In this document: piece after piece, positions 51,201 to 57,764 of the stretch
Numbering within the stretch: position 1 is the first letter of the stretch
Layout of the letters: each line of letters opens with the position of its first letter
DNA from: Saccostrea echinata
Taxonomy: Eukaryota
Direction of reading: 5' to 3'
Assembly: GCF_033153115.1 (NCBI RefSeq)
Contig: NW_026889774.1
Location: forward strand, 7,440,001-7,504,000
DNA: 64,000 nucleotides
Notes under the pieces: generated by a model
What the model was told of the DNA's origin: nothing
What the model saw: only the letters and a program-made list of their open reading frames with translations
The model's database searches: none
Made by a program: the position numbers and the translations under genes

Positions 51201-51768
51201 TACGTCACAATACAACAACTCATATAGTTTTGAGATGAAAAACGAGGGAAATGAAATGCTTCCGGTGAATAGTTTGATGACTATTTCACCATGGGCAAAT
51301 AGCACAAAAACTATTCCACGGTAGGGGCTGTTTAGAAAAAAATAAAACATTTATTTGTCATACTTTTATGTAGAAAAAATTCACAGAGGTATAATAATGC
51401 CAGCTAGTACCCAAAATTCACTTGCCCCGGGTAACAGGTAATGGAAACTGTCAGCCCTAAATAAATAATTTAAGGCGCTTTCTCATTCAAATGTATATAA
51501 TTATGTAATTTGATTTAATTTAATACATACCAAACTTAATATGCCCATATTTCACAAACTTGTTGACAATCACGGTAATAATCAAACCAAACACTCGTGA
51601 ATTGTAGAGGGTGATATAAACAACCCAGGCCTGGGCTAGAAATATGGACAAGAAAAACACATAAATGGATGAAGATGGAAGATTGTCCTGAATGTCTCGA
51701 ATGAAGGAGTCATGTTCATTTGTTTTGTTAATAGGTGTTTCCTGCAAATTCAACTGGTCCGACTCCAT
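120..51768 (-). CDS. BLTP1: Bridge-like lipid transfer protein family member 1 (KIAA1109/Tweek), spliced gene with 64 coding exons in window; 3' end runs off the left edge
   Basis: Joined exons give ~4,916 codons in consistent phase. N-terminal TM helix followed by YNSRVFG; motifs GSFSFSVLSGKIM, WRDLIPVIKV, YGPWVDKQR, DIGSAAFKYDMRRLSEILSFPKAWY, HHRHW and FECNTWHLEPTVR match recalled BLTP1 orthologs. Confidence 0.96.
648..832. repeat. 31-bp minisatellite (~6 units) overlapping the exon 63 donor
   Basis: Unit ttttgtcacagttgtctacctttatggaatg. Confidence 0.95.
829..957 (-). CDS. BLTP1: BLTP1 exon 63
   Basis: VECSFVTEFEDHIFVAMDAEVILFLHDLILSYIKEK. Confidence 0.93.
1256..1426 (-). CDS. BLTP1: BLTP1 exon 62
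   Basis: YSHDTEMIFLLPSLQLQLKTIH. Confidence 0.92.
1734..1907 (-). CDS. BLTP1: BLTP1 exon 61
   Basis: IHVIQNLNFYIGH...SVQEWFHY. Confidence 0.92.
1997..2166. mobile_element. Tc1/mariner(pogo)-type MITE, CAGTCAA family
   Basis: TA flanks, degenerate TIRs; related copies at 41835-42005 and 44264-44438. Confidence 0.7.
2279..2533 (-). CDS. BLTP1: BLTP1 exon 60
   Basis: RHHRHWQ...LACFHGMNFKAKSWALF. Confidence 0.93.
2758..2975 (-). CDS. BLTP1: BLTP1 exon 59
   Basis: HGDLHWEQFHMMISRSTTPDIIKM. Confidence 0.93.
3257..3455 (-). CDS. BLTP1: BLTP1 exon 58
   Basis: CRMDYMGSSVLMARL. Confidence 0.92.
3704..3861 (-). CDS. BLTP1: BLTP1 exon 57
   Basis: WTTQEIKSQGSLSI...DSRGGVVGGTI. Confidence 0.93.
4305..6067 (+). 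mobile_element. Helentron-associated non-autonomous element (HINE-like) with internal satellite array
   Basis: Starts aacaagaggcccaaaggcc and ends gcctttggctcagaagagctaaaaa; ~10 internal units of ~120-147 bp, each carrying an aaaagtaggtcaNNgtgacctactttt palindrome. Confidence 0.75.
6157..6421 (-). CDS. BLTP1: BLTP1 exon 56
   Basis: SWETLVLFAVNLAKLDLHVNMSNVMGNT. Confidence 0.93.
7253..7431. mobile_element. Tc1/mariner (Tigger-like) MITE
   Basis: TIRs ccgtatatactcgcctataagtcg / cgacttataggtgagtatatacgg; TA TSD. Confidence 0.9.
7671..7886 (-). CDS. BLTP1: BLTP1 exon 55
   Basis: Open, phase 1-1, canonical sites; Ser-rich. Confidence 0.82.
8663..8809 (-). CDS. BLTP1: BLTP1 exon 54
   Basis: ICDIGSAAFKYDMRRLSEILSFPKAWYNRSLARRMFLGD. 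Confidence 0.95.
9268..9426 (-). CDS. BLTP1: BLTP1 exon 53
   Basis: RRDMLSLNVEFVKINISRSR. Confidence 0.9.
9632..9847 (-). CDS. BLTP1: BLTP1 exon 52
   Basis: GGLSFTGAMSDFSLYIFHPYGGG. Confidence 0.9.
10054..10299 (-). CDS. BLTP1: BLTP1 exon 51 (CAGCAG tandem acceptor)
   Basis: SFPVDVVVFIRVEPSIIRFNCLPSSRVECLLKVP. Confidence 0.92.
10400..10426 (-). CDS. BLTP1: Candidate 27-nt BLTP1 microexon (AHFDTVYIH)
   Basis: ttccag|27 nt|gtattc; phase 1-1 matches flanking exons. Confidence 0.5.
10593..10686 (-). CDS. BLTP1: BLTP1 exon 50
   Basis: EMVISPCILDFLEQALEPIP. Confidence 0.92.
11036..12576 (+). mobile_element. HINE-like non-autonomous Helentron element
   Basis: 5' gatatgcccgtc; 3' (gacg)n microsatellite then cccgtcttaagacggg palindrome and cgtataaaaa; internal units related to the 4.4-5.7 kb satellite. 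Confidence 0.65.
13424..13816 (-). CDS. BLTP1: BLTP1 exon 49
   Basis: VHYNSKT...GVKKANLYAWLSLQSLPE. Confidence 0.92.
13970..14132 (-). CDS. BLTP1: BLTP1 exon 48
   Basis: DTIFFLPSIDLK; AAG acceptor. Confidence 0.87.
14451..14663. mobile_element. Tc1/mariner-type MITE
   Basis: TA-ctg...cag-TA ends; related copy at ~26940-27122. Confidence 0.65.
14707..15490 (-). mobile_element. HINE-like element with ~145-bp satellite array
   Basis: tttttatgccc...gggcata hairpin and (ccgt)n microsatellite, then ~5 units containing tgaccttgacct. Confidence 0.75.
15642..15842 (-). CDS. BLTP1: BLTP1 exon 47
   Basis: EPNIDFELDVKVFIDNGKCVLHP. Confidence 0.92.
16138..16341 (-). CDS. BLTP1: BLTP1 exon 46 (Ser-rich)
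   Basis: TPDSMLSKSSQPYSQYS...; phase consistent. Confidence 0.85.
16451..21758. mobile_element. Non-autonomous DNA transposon, Sola1-like (5.3 kb including nested insertion)
   Basis: Perfect 28-bp TIR gactgccgtcatgagaaaagggccctta; 4-bp AAAT TSD (AWWT); no transposase ORF. Confidence 0.8.
17140..19115. mobile_element. Nested non-autonomous Tc1/mariner-type element
   Basis: Perfect 27-bp TIR cagtaccaaccagacccaacctgacac; TA TSD; subterminal gcagtccca arrays at both ends. Confidence 0.88.
21913..22041 (-). CDS. BLTP1: BLTP1 exon 45
   Basis: Open, phase 2-2, canonical sites; TRTLPSKVQFG. Confidence 0.8.
22213..22304 (-). CDS. BLTP1: BLTP1 exon 44
   Basis: ASALKDQLGIGNRPPHIRSKS. Confidence 0.88.
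22675..22801 (-). CDS. BLTP1: BLTP1 exon 43
   Basis: LGASLQTIEVESRKLEELKAIVFQDFKR. Confidence 0.92.
23085..23227 (-). CDS. BLTP1: BLTP1 exon 42
   Basis: LIEKEMNEQARVVQDL. Confidence 0.9.
23423..23628 (-). CDS. BLTP1: BLTP1 exon 41
   Basis: AKWILNVRWEMQGIAVHLNTNIGK. Confidence 0.92.
23807..23953 (-). CDS. BLTP1: BLTP1 exon 40
   Basis: FCLRFADDFETSWDDWKP...MNACVVPEGTYEVCSRT. Confidence 0.93.
24118..24247 (-). CDS. BLTP1: BLTP1 exon 39
   Basis: SALVLTIKGTQISACSSGSLVSKGRF. Confidence 0.92.
24607..24747 (-). CDS. BLTP1: BLTP1 exon 38
   Basis: TLFLQLTVDDMGICVP. Confidence 0.92.
24907..24980 (-). CDS. BLTP1: BLTP1 exon 37
   Basis: AVLVWLNYKNAYEYWTEQRMALNTE. Confidence 0.92.
25221..25317 (-). 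CDS. BLTP1: BLTP1 exon 36
   Basis: EALLITLTRPIILAQPLAFDK. Confidence 0.92.
25448..25531 (-). CDS. BLTP1: BLTP1 exon 35
   Basis: NPMFEEAEPEFQTMAFFKTKIGIRNALQ. Confidence 0.92.
25733..25806 (-). CDS. BLTP1: BLTP1 exon 34
   Basis: KMFIKAQVNLNLALGQLIK. Confidence 0.9.
25962..26079 (-). CDS. BLTP1: BLTP1 exon 33
   Basis: GIQITATTPTSSAVRLETG...EVSNRV. Confidence 0.92.
26435..26557 (-). CDS. BLTP1: BLTP1 exon 32
   Basis: EVNELVQKVSGSDQPVPLW; AAG acceptor. Confidence 0.92.
26721..26936. mobile_element. Tc1/mariner-type MITE
   Basis: TIR ctgtagattcct / aggaatctacag; TA TSD. Confidence 0.85.
27207..27446 (-). CDS. BLTP1: BLTP1 exon 31
   Basis: AEIGMLEHSLTTDLLNHLVFVQKVFMK. Confidence 0.93.
28428..28448 (-). 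CDS. BLTP1: Candidate 21-nt BLTP1 microexon (RGDLYRE)
   Basis: ctatag|CGGGGTGATCTATACAGAGAG|gtaggt; phase 0-0 matches flanking exons. Confidence 0.45.
28762..28851 (-). CDS. BLTP1: BLTP1 exon 30
   Basis: GMTGKKSRFTMDLQKHQLSFKSK. Confidence 0.9.
29101..29296 (-). CDS. BLTP1: BLTP1 exon 29
   Basis: GLITGASLLPSLKAQHK. Confidence 0.88.
29636..29848 (-). CDS. BLTP1: BLTP1 exon 28
   Basis: TVVTVNIDKTQAL...DIPQHPVVLHGMMTR. Confidence 0.92.
31659..31752 (-). CDS. BLTP1: BLTP1 exon 27
   Basis: SESSVTAHIGHTLVQLFEGIPP. Confidence 0.9.
32288..32437 (-). CDS. BLTP1: BLTP1 exon 26
   Basis: PLVVFGIAKVEEVKILAVLSGLKLEA. Confidence 0.92.
32767..34888 (-). CDS. BLTP1: BLTP1 exon 25 (largest, 2122 bp)
   Basis: 708-aa ORF; EEPSCQLL, QHVDMPLLRLIHQF, PKCWKTLYHLLELY. 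Confidence 0.95.
33211..33265. repeat. 18-bp coding tandem repeat (EEKSLG/EEKSLR/EEKSSQ) in exon 25
   Basis: aggacttttcctcccYta x3. Confidence 0.9.
35087..35267 (-). CDS. BLTP1: BLTP1 exon 24
   Basis: LDWNLLSTATTAINAWLNPADRL. Confidence 0.92.
35552..35776. mobile_element. Tc1/mariner-type MITE
   Basis: TIR ccgtataagNNgaatttttagc / gctaaaaattctgcttatacgg; TA TSD. Confidence 0.85.
35828..35986 (-). CDS. BLTP1: BLTP1 exon 23
   Basis: ELHTIWLNFAAPPP...DFTR. Confidence 0.9.
35978..36040. repeat. 33-bp tandem duplication spanning the exon 23 acceptor
   Basis: atggataccctgaattaca(g/a)aaaacacacaa x2. Confidence 0.95.
36572..37512 (-). CDS. BLTP1: BLTP1 exon 22
   Basis: INICVLQAGLVEEVISFSALD...IMFECGLEEI. 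Confidence 0.92.
37835..38003. repeat. 33-bp minisatellite (5 units) spanning the exon 21 donor
   Basis: Unit tatctaccttagagactgtgagcagtgcctgta. Confidence 0.95.
37976..38210 (-). CDS. BLTP1: BLTP1 exon 21 (donor ambiguous, tandemly duplicated)
   Basis: YAEAVTPTLESLHPNSIIDGLH...QALLTVSK; first of five repeated donors. Confidence 0.85.
38306..38420 (-). CDS. BLTP1: BLTP1 exon 20
   Basis: VVKLHGSMDITITPLFLESFQR. Confidence 0.9.
38547..40179 (-). CDS. BLTP1: BLTP1 exon 19 (large; Ser/Thr-rich C-terminal half)
   Basis: 558-aa ORF; RLWFLWP, CGCHGGCVFFG, PGFGQSLL. Confidence 0.94.
40436..40681 (-). CDS. BLTP1: BLTP1 exon 18
   Basis: LQNLIEFIQTF...CPTSEEIKYQMVRVSLD. Confidence 0.92.
41000..41176 (-). 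CDS. BLTP1: BLTP1 exon 17
   Basis: GHLGLSGLQVRGHAMFSHEGLP...LEYGWLVE. Confidence 0.92.
41482..41619 (-). CDS. BLTP1: BLTP1 exon 16
   Basis: ERLCFEMDKAYKETKLQLLLSP. Confidence 0.92.
41835..42005. mobile_element. Degenerate CAGTCAA-family MITE
   Basis: Similar to 1997-2166 (gttatctcgaactcgat...tggttggga...gagatacc). Confidence 0.6.
42050..42250 (-). CDS. BLTP1: BLTP1 exon 15
   Basis: ENYLGEDQKFTDF...HDVHGHLVK. Confidence 0.92.
42478..42754 (-). CDS. BLTP1: BLTP1 exon 14
   Basis: GWIDCWTTSNVAISIGYTYHP...YGSLLRNFLHVK. Confidence 0.92.
43243..43406 (-). CDS. BLTP1: BLTP1 exon 13
   Basis: GETAFCRLYLPENNTSRHVLLAL...KQWRRMTQA. Confidence 0.9.
43719..43816 (-). CDS. BLTP1: BLTP1 exon 12
   Basis: AHIAFCGDLLDMSLILPYDDFLP. 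Confidence 0.92.
43945..44100 (-). CDS. BLTP1: BLTP1 exon 11
   Basis: DLINDWSVKTVPDIYHFVPYTW...NEYNWID. Confidence 0.92.
44264..44438. mobile_element. CAGTCAA-family MITE
   Basis: cagtcaacct...aggttcaactg; TA TSD. Confidence 0.8.
44571..44688 (-). CDS. BLTP1: BLTP1 exon 10
   Basis: FTVKAFYPITWNGHQDWTCDF...HKHFFT. Confidence 0.92.
44927..45097 (-). CDS. BLTP1: BLTP1 exon 9
   Basis: ETQAIHMGTGQGSYIEVTVPW...LVECETFE. Confidence 0.92.
45274..45430 (-). CDS. BLTP1: BLTP1 exon 8
   Basis: ELLWKFFYPADYQ...TVDILFTKDS. Confidence 0.92.
45981..46122 (-). CDS. BLTP1: BLTP1 exon 7
   Basis: GIVPYEPE...KCGKNTDINYGPWVDKQR. Confidence 0.92.
46317..46396 (-). CDS. BLTP1: BLTP1 exon 6
   Basis: APRYMGEGFIVLQTRKIDVHFYMDEP. 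Confidence 0.92.
46709..46899 (-). CDS. BLTP1: BLTP1 exon 5
   Basis: GRIIFGNHLVPHSLIFSFEDGHFTYTTKP. Confidence 0.92.
47245..47311 (-). CDS. BLTP1: BLTP1 exon 4
   Basis: NWRDLIPVIKVEMSS; donor gtaagt. Confidence 0.88.
47742..47898 (-). CDS. BLTP1: BLTP1 exon 3
   Basis: DLSHMETRVQMFLDGFQVHVYNKT. Confidence 0.85.
48173..48316 (-). CDS. BLTP1: BLTP1 exon 2
   Basis: GSFSFSVLSGKIMLRDFHYITED; AG/GT sites, phase consistent. Confidence 0.92.
48432..48946. mobile_element. Hairpin-terminated non-autonomous element (Crypton-like)
   Basis: ~75-bp-arm palindrome 48441-48593 centred on GCGAAGC; second short IR tttattacatttt / aaaatgtgataaa; no TSD seen. Confidence 0.6.
50063..50170 (+). repeat. Interspersed repeat fragment, probably a Penelope-like retroelement terminus
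   Basis: ggtgtgacaggttggcaggggatgctcactcctccatggcacctgatcccacctct; recalled as a common oyster repeat, not verified. Confidence 0.45.
50515..50660. repeat. Long palindrome (~70-bp arms), Crypton-like element end
   Basis: aaggtatcattttaaa...gcccttcgggc...tttaaaatgatacctt. Confidence 0.85.
51001..51397. mobile_element. Hairpin-terminated non-autonomous element (Crypton-like)
   Basis: Palindrome 51006-51150 centred on GCGCAGC; ttattatac / gtataataa terminal IR. Confidence 0.55.
51531..51768 (-). CDS. BLTP1: BLTP1 coding exon 1 (start codon, N-terminal TM anchor)
   Basis: MESDQ...IYVFFLSIFLAQAWVVYITLYNSRVFGLIITVIVNKF; donor G|gtatg. Confidence 0.9.
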
Positions 51769-51769
51769 G

Positions 51770-52190
51770 TTGGTATTTTTAACCTTCTATTTGTCTGGAG
51801 TGCATACTTTTACTGTGTTGTATTTGATTTCTTTATAATTATCTTGTGCTTAGAATGGTAGCGTTCACCCGCAGATGTCCACATCATACTGTTCCAACGC
51901 AATTTGTTTTATCTCGACTTAGATATATACACTGCCGGGTATTCGATGTTTACTGATGAATTACATCGCAGAAATTCCTTGTTATGCAGGTCATATTAAA
52001 TATTTGCATTTCCAGTGATTTTTATATATTTTCATCATCATTTTCATTACGTTTGTTCTATCATAAGACATCAGGAAGGTTGACACTCTTTTCGTTCATC
52101 GATCCTATCAAAACCGGAAGCAAAACTGATGAAAATCTCTGTAATACAAAACCTGACAGGAAAAATCAAATTGTTCCGAGATAGAAACAG
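51770..52190 (-). promoter_or_regulatory. Probable BLTP1 5' UTR / proximal promoter
   Basis: Directly upstream of the ATG; more CpG than the CpG-poor gene body; ETS-type CCGGAAG at 52114-52120. Confidence 0.4.
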
Positions 52191-52194
52191 TCGC

Positions 52195-52293
52195 GACCTG
52201 TGTTTATATTTATATCAGGTAGAATTTATTCAAAAACGTCTTCATGGAAAGAAGAAGACTATTGCTTTGACCTTCAATTCAACATTTAGATAT
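52195..52293 (+). mobile_element. Penelope-like reverse transcriptase fragment
   Basis: Translates DLCLYLYQVEFIQKRLHGKKKTIALTFNSTFRY, resembling the PLE RT segment ADLFLY...FRYIDD; truncated just before DD. Confidence 0.65.
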
Positions 52294-53645
52294 TAGTCTA
52301 GACGAACTCTAAAAACGGCGTGAACTCCGAAAACGAAGTCTTTGGCTCCATCATGCATTGTGGCAAAATGGCGTCCGATATAAACAAACGATGGATTGTC
52401 GTTCGCTTTCTCCAAATATAGGGGTGCATGATGGCTGTATTTAGTGCATTAGGACTTTATTTTAATTTTTGCTGAATGGATATAATTATATTTATTAAAT
52501 TATTTTATGGATATTGACTTATTTATTGCTTCAAACTCTTGCATAGTAGTAAATCGGATATACGACTGCCGGTAAGAATTATTTTCTTATTTGATTTATT
52601 GTCTCCTTGATTTAAATTTTATGCTGTTCCTACAACATAGGTGCTTTTATTTGTTTTTGAAGACACTCAACTTGTATTTATTTTAATTAGAAAATGCGTG
52701 TTTTTCACCACGGGGCAGAGATATTCACAGGTTCATTTTTAGAAGACATGTTGTGACCTTATAATTTCTAGAAGAGTGGTTTTTAAAGATTTCATATTGA
52801 TAGCCAATAGTTTTAAAAATGTTTTCATAATAATATCTGTTCATTGGTGATAAAAAATCGGTAAATAACGATGGTAAGAACTTACGCGTTCAATTCAGAT
52901 GTCTAACACAAATAAAAATACCGGAATGCTAACTTATGTGTAAAATTCAGTCAAGTTTTTAACAGTTACAATATATATTATCCCATTTTGCATATATATC
53001 CCTTTTATTATGCATATTTACTTCTCAAACGTATCATTTTCTCTGTAATTGACCTGACTTCAAACGTCAACTTTGAAAGTAAATATCTCCTTTTTTGCAA
53101 ATAAAATAAAAATTCTGACAAATACGATCTCTTCCAAAGTCTTTTATTTAGCATTTCTGAGTACTGGCATAATTGCCATACTTTCCAAAACTTTGCACAG
53201 ACAGTTTTTGTAGACCCATCATTTTTGCCGAAAAATCGCCATTTTTTGTGCGTGTGCGCATGCGCGGACTCTTTTTCATTTGCATGTGGCGACCGACTCT
53301 CCCAACGAAATTCTATCGTTAAATTTTATTAAGCTAATTTACAGTTGTGCCCCCCCCCCCCTTCAATGAGTTTTAATAGTAGTATTATACATATATTAAA
53401 AACAAACCTAATTTACAGTTGTGTCCTCTCAATAAAATTGCTTGTTTATCATCTAGTAGTATACGGTTATGTCTGCTCATATAATAAACGTCTGATGATC
53501 TTTTCGTGTCTGTCCTCCAAAACCGACTGCCAAGGGTCAAATACCCCCGCTCCCCCAACAACTCTTCAGAGACATGAGAAAGTCAAACGTTTTAAAAAAA
53601 TGTTGGCGTTGGCCTCAGTCTTTTCAATAACTTCAGCATGTTCAG

Positions 53646-53743
53646 TAGTCAGAAATATCTGACGTTTTCCAGGCTTTTTTTTTCACGATTTTGATATCAA
53701 ATCGTTAAAAAGAAGCCAGGAAAATGTAAGATATTTCGGACTA
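53646..53743. mobile_element. 98-bp palindromic MITE with TAG..CTA ends and 9-bp TSD (AcademH-like)
   Basis: catgttcag on both flanks; arms tagtcagaaatatct / agatatttcggacta. Confidence 0.8.
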
Positions 53744-54534
53744 CATGTTCAGTAGTTACCAAAATGGCTCGAGGTTAATTAAGTAAATTCTACAATTTAC
53801 ACATCCCATACAGAAAGACCCGTTCAGGCTTCAGTGTTATACCACGGACAATTAACTGGACATCGGTGTGCAGTAAAGTATAACCAGTCAACAAAAATAC
53901 ATGTACATCAAATCCTTTGAGACCAGGGAATACACACGGTGAAATGATTTAGAATCATACATGTAGTACACTAACGATCAAATGCAGATTTTTTTTTCTT
54001 ACATTCATGTTTAAAGTGAAATAGATTACAGTAAAGGAAGATAAAGTTTGCAACCTGTATGTGTGAACAAATTAGCATGTAGGATTAGATCATGCCCACG
54101 AATTCTTTATTTTTGGTTACCAATGAAAATTGTAAGACATTTTTTTATTAATTGTGTGAAGCTGCTGACATACATGTACATGTACAGAATATATAAGTAA
54201 AAGTTGTGATGGAAAGCGCCGTCGGTGGTCCAATGTTCTTAGCGTAAACGTTATATATACGTTGCAAGTTTTTTAGTTGTTATTTTGGGAATATAAATAA
54301 AAAAATTTGGTTTTTTTTTTTTTGGCAAATTACTTGTTCAAAAATGTTCAATGTAATCATTAAGAATCATTGGTTAACTTAACATTTAATTCATATTCAA
54401 TTAGCCATTATTGTAAATTTTTACGATAACAGTAGGTACCAGACTTAAAACACTTCAACTTTTAAATAATGATTTCATATATATAGTTCCCTTCGAGAAA
54501 CATGTGATGACTAAAACTTAACTTTAGTCAAATC

Positions 54535-55295
54535 GGAAAGGTGAGATAAACATAGAAGAGAGGGGTAGAATGAGAGAGAGACAGATAATGTGTGTTTGAG
54601 AGAGAGAGAGAGGTGGTGTGAATGAGGGTAGAGAGGGGAGGGACGGAGAGAGAGAGAGAGTGAGGGGATGGGGAGAAGAGTAATGTGGGAGAGAGTGAGT
54701 AAAGAAGAGAGGAAGAGAGAGTCAGGAGAGAGAGTGTGAGTAAGGCAGAGAGAAGGGAGCGAGAGAGTGTGTGTAGGAGAGTTAGATAGGAGAGGGGAGA
54801 GAGAAAACTGACAGTGGGGTGAGTGGAGAGAAAGAACGTGAGTGGATGGATGAGGGGAGGGAAGAGTCGGAGAAAGAGAAAGATAGAGCGAGTACGGAGA
54901 GAGAGGTGGGGAGGGAGAGAGAAAATAAATGAGTGAGAGAGGGAAAAGAGTGAGGGAAACGAGTGGAGTGAACGAGTGGAGAGAGTGTGGAGGGAATGAG
55001 AAAAAGAGAGGGGTGAAAGAGATGGGAGGGGAGAGAGAAAGAGAGTGGAAATTGACTCACTCTCGCGCACTCTGCCCTCTCTCTCACAATCACTATCTCT
55101 CCACTTATTCTCTCTCTCTCTCTCCCTCCACTCATTGTTGGAAGGAGTGACAGAGAGAGAGGGAGAGAGAATGAGTGAATGGAGCGAGTTAGTGGAGAGA
55201 ATTGGGAGAGAGGATAGGGAGAGAGTGGTTGTTGAGTCAGTTTTGAAGAGGTTGGAGAGAAGGGAAGGGAAGACAAGGAGAGAGACAGTGGGGAG
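54535..55295. repeat. GA-rich polypurine low-complexity tract with an internal CT-rich block
   Basis: Degenerate (GA)n over ~750 bp; CT-rich block at ~55055-55135. Confidence 0.9.
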
Positions 55296-55746
55296 AATTT
55301 TAAAATGGTCAAAACATAGAATCTGTCTAATTCGCTCACTTCATTTTCTCTCCTCAACTCTTGCGGATTAGACAGATTCTATGCTTTGACCATTTTAAAA
55401 TTAAAAATAACCACAGAATAAGTTATGTTTCCCAGAATTTTTGAAGACAATCCGAGGATCAGATCATTAACAGTATGGCACTGTCTGCGTAAAAATGGCA
55501 TGTTTTATTCTCTATTCTATTTCTAGAAACGTTACCAATGATGATATGTTGTTCCTGATGTGTAGGTTAATGTCCCAGTTCCTCTTCTTTCCTCACAAGT
55601 AATGGAGCCGAGACCCAAAGGGGCTGAGGCCCATTACTTTAAAGGAAAAGAGAGGAACAATGATATAGACATACTTATAATCCACTGCTTTAAAGACTCG
55701 CCATTATTGTTTGTTTATATATGATATAGACATGTTTTAATTAAAT

Positions 55747-56965
55747 TAGGGATGTACTCGACTATCGTTCGATCATACCGACTATCGACTAAAATTTCTT
55801 TAGTCGGTTATTCGTTAAAAATGTGTTACCTAAACGTAATTTTAAATTCAAGGTAATAAACTTGGATTTGCCCATTTCATTTATATTCAGATCAATGTTC
55901 TCGTAAGTATAACTCAGGGTATGTTTTAACTGTTCAAAGGAAATTATTTGTATGTCGATTTATGTTTGGGAAATATGCCTCCCACATCTAATTTTGGAAT
56001 ACTTTAAAAGATTTCAGGATGGAAAAACAGGTAAAAGTGCGTTATCAAGGTTATGTGAAACTGGACTTGTATTCTGCAGTGGGACATCAAATATGATGTA
56101 TCATATGCCGAATCCGTCAAACATACATGTAGTAAACAAAGTCTTTAATTGAAACTTTTCTTTAGTAAGTTCTCCGCAAAATGCCAACAAAAAAAAGCAG
56201 AGCCGGAAATAAAAAATGTTGCTATCACAAACATGATTATCAAGGATTGTTTACCACTGATTGTTGTAAATGGAGAGGACGTTCAAGAATTGTTTGGTTT
56301 TGTAGATTCAAATTGTGAAGTTTCAACCTGCAATGCCATAAGATCTGACGTGATGCAACTATTCATAAAGAATAATTAAACAGCTGTTACAAAATTGTAA
56401 ATACATGTAAACTGGGGGACAGTTATGAGCGTAATTAAATGGTGTTTCTTTCTAATAGCAATATCATGCATTCTTTTTAAGATTGTATTGATAATTTGCA
56501 CAAAATCTCATAATTAAAATTTATCGCAAGTTCTCTCTGTTTTCATAATTAATAAGAGGCACGCTTTAATTGTTTACCAGTCAACAAAGGTCACTGACAA
56601 GACACGTAGAAATGGCTTCAATGAACGAGTACATGTAGTATCGTTATGAAAAGAAAGGACAAATGCAAGCATTTGATATCCTGCATTTAGATAAAATGTG
56701 CAGTAAATATCATATTAATTTTGAAATCAAATGCATTGGATAAATGTAGATGTATAATATTTATTGTACTACGTAAATGTTTACGAATCAGAAATTCGTT
56801 GTATAATGGTGATAGCGTAGGTTAAATATCGTACAATAGTCTATAAAAGACAAATAGTGAAAATGACATGAAAAATTAATTTAAATTTCAACGAATATTC
56901 GACTATCGTTCGACTAAAGCCGCCGACTATTCGACTAAGCTGTCCGAATAACATTGACATCCCTA
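55747..56965 (+). mobile_element. Internally deleted hAT transposon (ZBED1/Hermes-like)
   Basis: TIR tagggatgt / acatcccta; 8-bp TSD aattaaat; subterminal cgacta repeats; decayed BED finger (LEYF...LC...GTSNMMYH) and ITNMIIKDCLP segment. Confidence 0.9.
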
Positions 56966-57042
56966 AATTAAATAGATTCACATTTAAGCAATCTTAAGTC
57001 TTAAATAGTACGGCAAACTGAGTGTTTTAAACCCACTCGACA

Positions 57043-57110
57043 CCGATCTCGGTAGCTTGGTATGGAGAATACCCGACTTTCATGGTGAGGATACCGGGTT
57101 CGATACCTAT
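57043..57110 (+). pseudogene. tRNA-like fragment (tRNA-Glu-like or SINE head)
   Basis: A-box-like tagcttgg, anticodon-loop-like gactttcat, B box ggttcgatacc; acceptor stem not intact. Confidence 0.4.
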
Positions 57111-57407
57111 CATTTTCATTCTTTTTCTTGCTAAAACATAAAGAACCAATGCACTTATGGGCCCCGATAAAAGGTGAAAAAATGAAGATTCAAATTAAGC
57201 ATAATTTTTAATCTCACATCATCAATTGATATCTAAACTATAAGATTCAACAAAGGACAAGGTATAGTAACGGCCGAATCTGGTCCCTTATTTGATGTAA
57301 AAATCAGACACAGTTAAAATTGTGATAGTTTGTAGTTAAGAACTTAAAATGATGACTCAAATAGGTTCGGTACGACTTCTTCGGATTTGGGGTATCTATA
57401 GGCATTT

Positions 57408-57758
57408 ATTGATTGACTGATTGTATGTTATTTTACGTCCAATTCGAGATTTTTGCACTCATATAGAGACGTCACCATATACCGGTGAAGGGCTTCAAAT
57501 TTTGACCTTTACTCGGCACTCAGGACCATTGAGCAGTGGGGGATCTTTATCGTGCCAACGCCTACCGTGATACGGGACCTCGGTTTTTAAGGTCTCATCC
57601 GAATTACCCGCAACTTTCACTTCAAAGTGCCGAGCGCATGGCTAAGGAACAGTTGCTACCCATTCTTTATCGACTTAGGTCAGTCGCGGCCGAGATTCGA
57701 ACTCACGACCTCCCGATCACGGAGCAAGCGCTCTACCGACTGAGCTACCGTGAACGGT
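57408..57758 (-). mobile_element. tRNA-derived SINE
   Basis: Reverse strand has A box tagctcagtcgg, B box gttcgaatc, gacctaagtcg core and (aatc)n tail; homologous to 63256-63574. Confidence 0.9.
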
Positions 57759-57764
57759 TATTAT

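Noticed and set aside
51945-51995. ctgatga...gaaa hammerhead-like core
   Set aside because: No supporting stem II or flanking helices could be formed.
54528-55371. ORFs of 73-191 aa rich in S/L or E/R
   Set aside because: Translation artefacts of the GA/CT low-complexity tract.
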